From positions 29,202,001-29,266,000 of the forward strand of contig OZ024749.1 of NCBI GenBank assembly GCA_964016885.1: a stretch of 64,000 bases of DNA. The letters run 5' to 3'. How positions within the stretch are numbered: position 1 is the first letter of the stretch; every line of letters begins with the position of its first letter. This stretch comes from Eledone cirrhosa. Taxonomy: Eukaryota. The position numbers and the translations under genes were made by a program. The notes beneath the pieces are model-generated. The model was not told where the DNA came from. It searched no databases and saw only the letters and a program-made list of their open reading frames with translations. Of the stretch, positions 53,410 through 64,000 are shown piece after piece.

Positions 53410-55030
53410 GGTGGTGGTGGTGGTGATAGAGGTGGAGGTGGAAGTAGTGATGGTAGTGGGGCGTGAGGTTTTGGAGGTGGTGGTGGCGGTGGAGGTATAG
53501 ATAGAGGTGGAGGTGGTGGTGGTGGTGGTGGTGGTGGTGGTGATAGAGGTGGAGGTGGAAGTAGTGATGGTAGTGAGGCGTGAGGATTTGGAGGTGGAGG
53601 TGGCGGTGGAGGTATAGATAGAGGTGGAGGTGGAGGTGGTGGTGGTGGTGGCGATAGAGGTGGGGGGTGGAAGTAGTGATGGTAGTGGGGCGTGAGGTTT
53701 TGGAGGTGGAGGTGGCGGTGGAGGTATAGATAGAGGTGGAGGTGGAGGTGGTGGTGGTGGTGGTGATAGAGGTGGAGGTGGAAGTAGTGATGGCAGTGGG
53801 GCGTGAGGTTTTGGAGGTGGAGTTGGCGGTGGAGGTATAGATAGAGGTGGAGGTGGAGGTGGTGGTGGTGGTGGTGATAGAGGTGGAGGTGGAAGTAGTG
53901 ATGGTAGTGGGGCGTGAGGTTTTGGAGGTGGAGTTGGCGGTGGAGGTATAGATAGAGGTGGAGGTATAGATAGAGGTGGAGGTGGAGGTGGTGGTGGTGG
54001 CGGTGATGATAGAGGTGGAGGTGGAAGTAGTGATGGCAGTGGGGCGTGAGGTTTTGGAGGTGGAGTTGGCGGTGGAGGTATAGATACAGGTGGTGGTGGT
54101 GGTGGTGGTGATGATAGAGGTGGAGGTGGAAGTAGTGATGGTAGTGAGGCGTGAGGATTTGGAGGTGGAGGTGGCGGTGGAGGTATAGATAGAGGTGGAG
54201 GTGGTGGTGGTGGTGGTGGTGGTGGTGATAGAGGTGGGGGGGGAAGTAGTGATGGTGGTGGGGCGTGAGGTTTTGGAGGTGGAGGTGGCGGTGGAGGTAT
54301 AGATAGAGGTGGAGGTATAGATAGAGGTGGAGGTGGAGGTGGTGGTGGTGGCGGTGATGATAGAGGTGGAGGTGGAAGTAGTGATGGTAGTGGGGCGTGA
54401 GGTTTTGGAGGTGGAGTTGGCGGTGGAGGTATAGATAGAGGTGGAGGTGGTGGTGGTGGTGGTGGTGGTGGTGATGATAGAGGTGGGGGTGGAAGTAGTG
54501 ATGGTAGTGGGGCGTGAGGTTTTGGAGGTGGAGGTGGCGGTGGCGGTATAGATAGAGGTGGTGGTGGTGGTGGTGGTGGTGGTGATGATAGAGGTGGAGG
54601 TGGAAGTAGTGATGGTAGTGAGGCGTGAGGATTTGGAGGTGGAGGTATAGATAGAGGTGGTGGCGGTGGTGGTGGTGGTGGTGATAGAGGTGGGGGGGGT
54701 TGGAAGTAGTGATGGTAGTGGGGCGTGAGGTTTTGGAGGTGGAGGTGGCGGTGGAGATATAGATAGAGGTGGAGGTGGAGGTGGTGGTGGTGGTGGTGGT
54801 GGTAATGATAGAGGTGGAGGTGGAAGTAGTGATGGTAGTGGGGCGTGAGGTTTTGGAGGTGGAGGTGGCGGTGGAGGTATAGATAGAGGTGGAGGTGGAG
54901 GTGGTGGTGGTGGTGGTGGTGGTGATGATAGAGGTGGAGGTGGAAGTAGTGATGGTAGCGGGGCGTGAGGTTTGTGGGGGTGGGGTGGAGGTGGTGATAA
55001 AGGTGGCGGTGGTGGTGGAGGTGATGGAGT
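53410..55030. repeat. G-rich ~110-130-bp minisatellite, ~14 copies
   Basis: gatagaggtggaggtggaagtagtgatggtagtggggcgtgaggttttggaggtggag..ggtatagatagagg recurs. Confidence 0.93.
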
Positions 55031-55583
55031 TGGAGGGGGATGGCGGTTAAGAAAGGACGGAAGGGGTGGGAAAAGGAAGAGGAAACATCTGGAATCATTA
55101 ATTTGTTTAGATTATTTATTTCATATCTGTTTTACATGTTCTCCTCCACCTACACCACCACCGCCATCACCAATGCCACCACTAACACCCCCACCACCTC
55201 TATCATCACCCCCACACACCTCCACCACCACCTCCACCACCACCACCTCCACCACCACCACCTCCACCATCACCATCACCAATGCCACCATCAACACCTC
55301 CATCTCCACCTCCACCATACCACCACCTCTACCATCACCATCACCATCACCACCCCTCCCGCCCACACCCCTCCACCATTCCACCACCTCCACCATACCA
55401 CCACATACCTCCACGACCATCACCGCCACCACCATCACCACCGCCGCCGCCATCACCGCTACTACCTCCACCACCAACACCATCACTACAACCACTAACA
55501 ACACCACCACCACCACCATCACCACCACCACTATCCAAGAAACACCATTTAAGTAGCTGCGACGCTTCTCTTCACAAAACAGC

Positions 55584-55643
<60 letters not shown>

Positions 55644-55774
55644 ACTCACTCTCTCTTTCTCTTTTTTCTTAAACCGGTGTCGGGTGGATGTGGTTCATGC
55701 TGTAGACTGCACCCTAGCGGATTGTGAAATATCAGCAGGTCATTACCAGTTGTCTCCTCTTGTTCTTTATATAT

Positions 55775-55807
55775 ATTAGCAGAATGGCACGGCGTTCGTT
55801 GTTCGGG
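55775..55807 (-). mobile_element. Degenerate Helitron-like 3' end
   Basis: tattagcagaatggcacggcgtt..gttcggg resembles the reverse complement of 4279-4308 (tactagcagaggtacccggcgttgctcggg). Confidence 0.4.
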
Positions 55808-55919
55808 ATTTGCTCTCGGGTTCTTATATATTTGATATATATTTATCCTTATCGAGCCTCGTGAAATAAATACGTTTGTTTATATTTTGTTATTGTGTAT
55901 GCAAAAAATATCTGTACAC

Positions 55920-56001
<82 letters not shown>

Positions 56002-56004
56002 AAC

Positions 56005-56181
56005 GATCGACTTTCGTCAAATCGGACCGAGGGAACAATGTTTCCGTTGGTCTTTCCAATTGCTAATACTATCTATCGGTCGCAACTCCAGGTAGAAGGA
56101 GCAACGTGAAATAAAGTGTCTTGCTCAAGGACATAACGCATCGCCTGGTCCAGGAATCGAACTCACAACCTTACGATTGCG

Positions 56182-56190
<9 letters not shown>
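56005..56190 (-). mobile_element. tRNA-derived SINE of a CORE/V-like family, partial
   Basis: Minus strand: B-box gagttcgattcc followed by tgtccttgagcaagacacttt. Confidence 0.7.
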
Positions 56191-56222
<32 letters not shown>

Positions 56223-56505
56223 TAACAGATTAAAGTTTAAGCAAAGAATCGCTGCTTTCACCCTTAACGGGATCTTGTGAAACTAAAAAAATCAATCTGT
56301 GAACGCAGAAGTAAATATTTCGAAAAACGTTACACACACTATATATATATATATGTAATAAGGGTTGACGGACCCACCATATTTATCAATGCCAGTACCG
56401 GTTGTATCTCAGCGCACTCAATGGGCAATGTAAGATACATTACCAGAGTATACACATAGTTATTTGCCTCAACACAACACACGTAAATCGGGTGCCTATA
56501 AGGTT

Positions 56506-56614
56506 CCCGGACTCGAGTTTCTGCAGCACTAATGCAGCAGTAAGGTGCACTGCACTATCTGTCTGCATATATCATGCAACAATGCACATCGGCTTATGCT
56601 GCTTCATCAGCGGG
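56506..56614 (-). ncRNA. Type I hammerhead ribozyme with long stem II and palindromic stem III
   Basis: Minus strand reads CCCG-CTGATGA-aGCAGCAtaa-[~60 nt]-ttagTGCTGCa-GAAA-CTCGAG-TC-CGGG. Predicted cleavage between + coordinates 56510 and 56509. Confidence 0.7.
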
Positions 56615-56991
56615 TATCATCAGCGGGTATCGTCTAATCAATAACCAATCGATCGACATAATCCAAACACCGGCCCGCACCGGTCATGACTGTTTGTGAC
56701 AACCGACACGGTAAAGCGATTAACTGGCAACCGATAGGACTCTATCTCTCAACTAGCCACTGATTTATAAATCTTACGTGGGGACGAGAAGCTAAAAAGA
56801 ATCAATCTATTAGTTCCTGTCAGAAGCACCCAGCCAACGTGTCTCACACACAAATTATCAAGGGGTGAAAAGATGGCTATTAGAAATAGCAGTTCACATT
56901 GATATAAAATAGAATGGTAGCATTCGGTTCATGTCTCCAAGCCCCATGGCTAGAGGAAAGCGATGGTAACAATGGTAGTGCCAAGAACCTT

Positions 56992-57027
<36 letters not shown>

Positions 57028-57705
57028 CACTATATATATACATATACACACACACACACACATATAGCGACGTCATAATGCAGACAATCAGACATACAGA
57101 CTGATATTATAAGGGCGCAACGTTATATCTATGTATCTATCTAAAAAGAAAGACTAATAATTATAGAGAGAGATCACTAAATCGCCTAATGCGGTCCCTA
57201 GGGCATTGAAAATTTGAAATATTTTTGCTCAAAACACTCACAGGACCATAAGTATTATATATATATGTATATATATATATGCATATATAACAAACATCTT
57301 CGCTTATTAATAAACTTTTGGCGGGGGAAAATGGGGGAAACTTTCAGTTCTTTTAAAACGTAAATGGTACGATGTGAAAAAAGGGTGAAATTTAAGTGTA
57401 GAACCTTTTACTCACGAGAAAGTAATAAATTCTAATATTTTCAATAAGTGTTTAGGCTTTTAATTATGAGGCTCATCTCTGCATGACACAAATCACACCT
57501 TTAATTCCCATTCTCAAACTAATTATTTCACTCAATGATCTTCTAGTATCTTCAAGTATTATATTCATTTAAATGTCATATTTAGGTGAGCTGTTTTGTA
57601 ACATTCTATTATCTTTTTTCATCAAAACTGAAAGTAGATATATGATTGAAGTACCGCCATTTGAATTTCCTTTCCGTTATATTTGTATAATGTCTATTTA
57701 AATAC

Positions 57706-57931
57706 AATTGTTTCTACTTTTGGCACAAGGCCAGTAATTATCCTAGTGCATTACTGGTACTTTATTTTATCGACCCTGTAAAGATGAAAGGCAAAGTTAA
57801 CCTCGGCGGGATTTGAACTCAGAACGCAAAGGGCCATAACTCTATGCTGCAAAGCATGGCGTCCGACCCTCTACCGATACTGCCAATCCACAAATATAAT
57901 TGTTTCTACTTTTGGCACAAGGCCAGCAATT
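57706..57931 (-). mobile_element. tRNA-derived SINE (short variant, 57706-57891) plus a duplicated 3' tail (57898-57931)
   Basis: aattgtttctacttttggcacaaggccag occurs twice, with a complete head-core-tail in the first copy. Confidence 0.9.
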
Positions 57932-58445
57932 AAATATATATTTACATTTTTTTTATCATTGCATCTTTAAATATATTTTAACAATTTTTTATCATTGTAT
58001 ATTTAAATCTAAACTACAATAAAGTGAGGAGCGCGGGACTGCGTATGGTTTATAATTTTTTATCCAATTAGTAAAATAAGTTGGATTACTTTGAATAAAT
58101 AATGAATGAATATTACATAATTTATCTACTAAATTTCGTGGCTCTTGATTAAATATGTTTTGTTTATTTAAAGATTCACTTTTTTTAAATTTCTGAAATG
58201 TCAACACTTCCGGTTGGCGATCGCCTAAATAAACATACTAATTTTCTGTCACTAATTTTCTCCTAATGCAGTTTATATATAATATCGTCTTTTTTAATGT
58301 ATCATGGATTACGTTACTGATTACATAAGACAGTGTAACGCAGTCTTCGTTCAATTTTTGTGTATATTGTCAATTACGATTTTATTTGATGTATCATATC
58401 TATATGTATATATACCTGCGTATAATATCAATATACACAATACAC

Positions 58446-58489
58446 ATGCTAGCAGAAAACCACCCGAAGGGTGGTTTTTCTGCTAGCAT
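58446..58489. repeat. Palindrome that reads as a Helitron-like 3' end (hairpin plus CTAG) on both strands
   Basis: atgCTAGcagaaaa-CCACCC-gaa-GGGTGG-tttttctgCTAGcat. Confidence 0.7.
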
Positions 58490-59594
58490 ATTTTAACAAT
58501 TTTTTCAATTATTGTCAATTTAAATATAATTTTAACTATAATTTTACCATTCTATTTAAATATATTTTAACAATATTTTTTACCATTGTCTATTTAAATA
58601 TATATTTACAATAGTTTATCATGTTAAGGTATTGTTCTCCAAATGAATAATATAAAGATCTTAGATTCGATATTATATGAGATATTTATGTAAGCTAAAG
58701 CCTTTACCTCGAAAATACAATATTAAATATAGAATGATGTAAATGCTAAAGGGTTAAATACATTTTAACAATATTTTTATCATTAATTTAAATATATTTT
58801 AAGAATATTTTTATTATTGTCTATCTATATATATTTAACTATTTATTTTATCATTGTATATGAAATATATTTTATCTGTTTATTTTATTATTATTCATAT
58901 CATTATTTTTTTAATATTTGTATCCTCTACTTCCGTTATGTTAATCAATCAACACCAATTTTAAACGTCTACTTCCGCCATGTTAATCAACATTACGGTG
59001 AAATTTAGGACGGAAAACATTGCATAAATTCATTCTATTGATGTATTTTCTTTAGTCTTTTTCTCTTTCTTTCATTTTTTTTTTTTTTTTTTTTGAGGGT
59101 GGAAGAATTGTTTTGTTTGTACTTCAAGTTTTATTACGTCTTGTATTTGTTTTTCGCGTATATTTACCGACCTTAAGATCACGTTTAGACAAACAAAATG
59201 GCTGATTATGTGTTGGGGATAGATTTTCGTTGGCGCCACACCGTCGAGAAATGTGTCGATTTCGACGAGAAAAAGTGATAAATTCACACCTCAGTTATTT
59301 GTTTTAAACTTTGCTTACTGAAACATATTTGTAGACAAGAAAATGGTTTCTTTTTATTTCAAGTTAACATAGAGGGCAGTAATAGTTGAACATAGCTTTC
59401 ATGTATTAGCAAGAGATTATCTCACCATTCTTATTGGCTTCCATGTTTGTAGGTTGTTTGCTGGTTTGTTTGTTTGTTTTTGTTGGCTGGTTAGTTGGTT
59501 GGTTGGAATAGTTTTTGCTGCAGTTGTTGAACTTGTTTTTTGTGCTGTTTGTGTTGTTGTTTTCCCAGTCATTTACTTAAACAACAGCAACAAC

Positions 59595-59639
<45 letters not shown>

Positions 59640-59647
59640 TTAGTAAT

Positions 59648-59757
<110 letters not shown>

Positions 59758-59992
59758 TTTCTTTATTAACCACAAGGGTTTACATAAAGTAGACATTAAG
59801 GACAATACAGGACGGTACAAATGGGCATTTCTGCGTGTAAAAACAAAAACAGAGGATGTAACAAAAAATAACAATGAAAAATTCCCCAATAGGGGAGACT
59901 TCGGAGGGACATTTGTGGAGAAAGCCCAGCAAAAAGCCACAGTGAGCCTGACCACCAAGGCAAGTGCCCTCTCCCAGTTTTCCACCTTTAAT

Positions 59993-62648
59993 TTACAGAT
60001 ACGTACTCAGAGTAGGCCCATTCACTCGGGCCATTCTTGATTCTCTCACCCATCTTTCAACAAAATGCTGGGAAGAGAGCACTTCCCTCTCTACTCTGAT
60101 TTTCCTTTTCAAATGAAATTTGAAAAAGTCAATCAAGGCATCACCGAAGAGGTAAGTGCTCGTCTTCATCCCTTTCAAACGTGTCCACCATACTATCTCT
60201 TTCGCCATGGCCACCAGACAGATAAAAACTGCCTGCCCTTCCCGGCTAAAGGAAGAGGGCGGGGCAATCCTCACGATGGACTCAGATGATAGCCGGATCC
60301 GTCCTACACGCGACAGCAGATGTTCGACATAAACCCAAGTCAGCAATTTTCGGACACTGAACGAGTGCGTGCAGGACGGTTTCGTCGCCCTGCGCGCATC
60401 TCGGACATGCCCGGCTGACCAGCGTCCGACGACGTTGTTGGACGGCATGGACCTGCCTCTCCAGGTGCCGAGCTGCAGGCCCACTGACTTTTCCTGGTTG
60501 ATCATTGCTCCTGTCACCGGTTCGTATTCTCTTAGTGTAGTGCCGATCGCCTCGATGTGTTTGGCGTTCGACACCACTACGGTGACATCGTCTGCATATG
60601 CTGACACGGATCTTCCGCATCCTAGTTCGCGCGGGACGCCCATCAACATCTCCAGTTTGTGCAGTAATGGTTCGAGAGTCAATACATACAAGAGGGACGA
60701 GAGGGGACATCCTTGGCGGACCGAGCGCATGATGTTGAACGTTGAAAGGTGACCGTTCACTCTCACCACAGAGCAGATGTCGCTGTGCATGGCAGCGATC
60801 CAGCCTCTGAAGACGGGCCCAAAGCCAGCCGTCCTCAGGACTGCCGCTAGGTAACGATGGTCGACCCGATCGAAAGCTTTCGACTGATCTAAATTGATCA
60901 AGGACCCACCCGTGCCAGGTTCCCTAGCTACCCTCTCTACGATGTATCGCATGAGGTGGAGGTTGTCGTGGATGGATCTGTCGGGAATGGCGCATGTCTG
61001 CGCCTCTCCCACCAGACCACCAACGACAAGTGCCAACCTCTTTGCTAGCACCTTGGCCAAAATCTTGAACTCTGTGTTTAGCAGAGTTATGGGCCTAAAA
61101 TTATCTATGTTATCCCCCTTGTTCGGATCCTTTCTCAGCAGCGCCACAGCTCCTCGGCTCACAGAGCTGGGAATTCTCCCGTTCTGTTGCCAGTTGCAGT
61201 AGACGTCCGCCAAGAGGCCTCCGAACAAGTCTGGCATCTGTACGTAAAGTTCATAGGGCACAACCATCCAAACCAGGCGATTTACCCCTTGTGCAGCCAG
61301 TCATTGCGTCCCGTACTTCAGCGGCTGTTATCGGCTTTTCGCAACACTCCACCTCAGTGGCCGAGAGCTGCGGCAGTTCGTCGAGGTAGAGACTAAAGTC
61401 CATCCCTCGATCTGGCCCGCCGCTGCCTCCGAACAGCTGTGCGAAGTGTCGCTGAAAAGCTTCACAGATTTGCCCGGGATCGAGTAGCATGCGCCCGTCG
61501 TGGTCCACCAAAGACCGGATCGTGGCTTTGTTGCCACGACGCGCGTCCGCCACTCGGGCCCATTGAACGGCTTTCGTCCCTTCGTGTCTGAGAGCACGCA
61601 CCTTAGCTCTGACAACGCAGCCTTCGTGCTTTGCATTGAAGAATTGGTCAAGGGCCAATTTCGCCGCAAGTACGTCGGTCGCGATGCCTTTGCTAAGCGC
61701 CACGTCTAATTTTCTAACTAGTTCTCCCTCTGCTCTATTTTTCTCTATTGCTAAAGCCTTACTAAACCTAATGAACTCTATTCTAATCGCTCTTTTCAGA
61801 GCAAACCACCACTTGTTGTTGACGATGGCCCCTGTCAACGCCCGCTTAACTAGTTCGCTAATCCGGTCTCTGTAGGCCTTGCGCGCTGGAAAGGACGCGT
61901 TTAGCTTCCAGTAGCCGGGTCCTCGTCTATGAAGCCTATCTAAGTCAAGCACACAGATCACGAGTTTGTGGTCCGGGTAGCTGACTATCTTGAATTGTGG
62001 ACAGCCTATGCTAGACCTATCTATTTCGCTACAAAATACTCTATCTAGATATGATCTGGATAACCCTATGCGATTTGTCCAAGTCCACATTGGCACATTC
62101 GGGAAATCCAATCGGTACCTATCGGACAGTTCAAAACGCCTGAGCTGGTTGATGAGGCTCTTGTACCCTCCTCTCCTATCCGCTAATCCCACACAGTCCC
62201 AGCGTGCATCTAACATCCCGTTCCAGTCGCCCGCTAACACTAAAGAGCGGGACGTTCCAAGAAAGGTCTCCAGACGCCGGAAGAAATCAGGCCGCCCTGC
62301 TCCTATCGGGGCATAGACGGCCACTAGTTTGAAAGCTTGCCCGTCTCCGCTGGTCACGTCCAGCACCACCAACTTACCTTCTGGGTCCAGGAAGATGGGC
62401 CGTATGGCGAGATCCAAACCTCTCCGAAACAGCACAGCAACTCCTCCCCCCGATCCAGGACGGCTGGGAGATGCGTACACATCGTAGCCGCCGAAGATCG
62501 GTGCGAAGGCCCGTGCTTCGGAGATTCTGGTCTCGCTGATGGCCACTACATCTATGTTTAGTGACCTGAGGTCGTTGAGCAGGTGACCCTGCTTCCATGA
62601 CGACCCCAAGCCACGCGCATTTATGCTGCCTATTCTGAGTGAGGTCAT
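59993..62648 (-). pseudogene. LINE ORF2 (AP endonuclease and reverse transcriptase), frameshifted at ~61260 and ~60335, internal deletion at ~60420
   Basis: APE: SINARGL, ISET, VYAP, AGDWN, LDRVF, PDHKLV, then GPGYWKLN. RT: KSPGLDG, FRPITLLNTEFKILAKVLA, LDQSKAFDRVDH, RQGCPLS, AYADD. The C-terminal CPRC..ETVLHALVQC lies in another frame immediately after the RT. Confidence 0.95.
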
Positions 62649-62683
62649 GTTTAAAATAGAGTGGAAAAGATGGGAAAGACCAC

Positions 62684-64000
62684 TTACCGTACTTTTCGTA
62701 GAGAAATGATGGTTTTTCCATCCCTTTTCACTTGATCGTCTGGTGAAGGGACCGTTGAATCGTCCCTTCGGCTGGTCGTCGGCTCTTCTATGAGTATGTC
62801 CGAGTATACTCTTCGGTTGAGAGTCCCTCCTAGGTCTCTGAAATCACCAACTGCGTTGGGGAATTTCGTTTTAATGTTTGTGTATTGTTTCTGTGCTATT
62901 TTTAGCAGTCTTATGTTAGTTGGTGTTTTGATTGGTGCTGGTATTATGTAGTCGTGCTGTGAAATGTCTGTGTGTTCAATTATGTAAGTCATTAGTTTCT
63001 TGTTGTGTGTATTTATTGCCGTGCATTTGTTTTTCTGGGGTGGGGTGGGGTTCTGCTATTTTCTTGTCGTTGTTGCTGGGTGTGTGTGTTTTGTTGTTGT
63101 GTTTGCGATGTTGGTGCTTGTGGTGGTGTTGAAGGTGTTGTTGTTGTTGGCGGTGGGGTTGTCGCCGGTGGTGATGGTGGTACTAGTGTGGGTGGTGATG
63201 GTGTTGGTGGTGTTGCTGCTGTGAGTCTCTTTGCAGTAACCTTTATCCTTTTTTTCATTTCTTTCCTCCCTTTTCGAAGGCGACGATGCGCTGCTTCTGC
63301 GTTTGTGCCTTCTTACGACCTTTTGCCATCCCTCTCCCACCTCACACTCCATGTCTGATTCTGTGAGGTCGGGGAGGGGTACCAGCACCACTCTTTCACT
63401 TGTTGTTGTTGGTGATGTTTCCTCTGGAGTCTCTGTTGCAACTGCATTTGGTATTACTGTTGTTGTTGTTAATACTTCCACTGCTGCTGCTGTTTTTGAT
63501 TTCCGTGGCGTGGGTATGGGTGCCACGGACCTATCGTTCCTGGTTGCCGCTTGTCCCGTTGCTGATAGCTGTGGAGCCGGTTTCGGAAGGAGGGGGCTTT
63601 TCTCCTTTCTCAGGGTCTTCTCGTTGCAGAAGGCCCTGAGGTGAGTCTTCGATCCACAGCGAAAGCATTTCGGGCGTTTGCCCTCAACACTTATGGGCAG
63701 TTGAGTGCCGGGATAGCTTCGATGCACTCCTGGTTGGTTTGGATTAACATCTCAATGGAGGTGCCGACCCAATCTTCTCTTACTTTTTTCTGTACTTGCA
63801 GTACAGTTGTTTTGTCCTCGATTCCGACGAGGACAGACGCAGCCAGCCAAGAAGGGGCCATCCCGGGGGGGAGGGGGACGTGGGTCAGTTTGACCCTCAC
63901 AATTTTTTGCCCGCAGTAGGAGGGCACCAACACCATTTCCTCGCTCCTTAGGGTCACTAAGGATTGAGCCTTTGCCTCCTGGGGTGTGGCAAAAAGCACG
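62684..64000 (-). pseudogene. LINE ORF1 (gag-like CCHC knuckle), frameshifted into three pieces
   Basis: CFRCGSKTHLRAFC (CX2CX4HX4C), GWQKVVRRHKRR and a Pro/Thr-rich linker. Ends 35 nt upstream of the ORF2 ATG. Confidence 0.8.

Noticed and set aside
53335-55098. Extensin/formin-like Pro-rich ORF (587 aa)
   Set aside because: Minisatellite translation that drifts between His-, Pro- and Thr-rich frames, with no flanking domain.
56353-56900. Solo LTR (starts TGTAA)
   Set aside because: No matching CA end, TSD, PBS or PPT found. The hammerhead and (TA)n junction fit a PLE-type terminus better.

Overview
Repeat-saturated animal (eukaryotic) intronic or intergenic DNA. It is most likely from an octopod cephalopod, inferred from the tRNA-derived SINE family and the extreme (TA)n/(CA)n/(GA)n/(CCA)n density. 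I found no host protein-coding exon I can support, and nearly all ORFs in the track are microsatellite artefacts. Real coding remnants are all retroelements: (1) a 5'-truncated Penelope-like element (PLE, Naiad-type RT-thumb/linker/GIY-YIG) at 68-2408; (2) a decayed Neptune-type PLE GIY-YIG at ~39650-40480 that the ORF track misses; (3) an L1/Tx1-clade LINE on the minus strand at ~59750-64000; (4) a second, older 3' fragment of that LINE family at ~19020-22703. Three observations stand out. First, there are at least five type I hammerhead ribozyme motifs from four unrelated sequence families, including a U3-A8 core variant and two with long stem-II inserts. Second, three insertions in (TA)n tracts share one asymmetric fold-back architecture, an inverted arm pair plus a 77-78 nt one-sided overhang. 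Third, a ~2.7 kb 52-bp satellite arose from the last codons of LINE ORF2 inside the LINE copy. All alignments and folds were done by eye, and family names come from motif recall rather than database searches.
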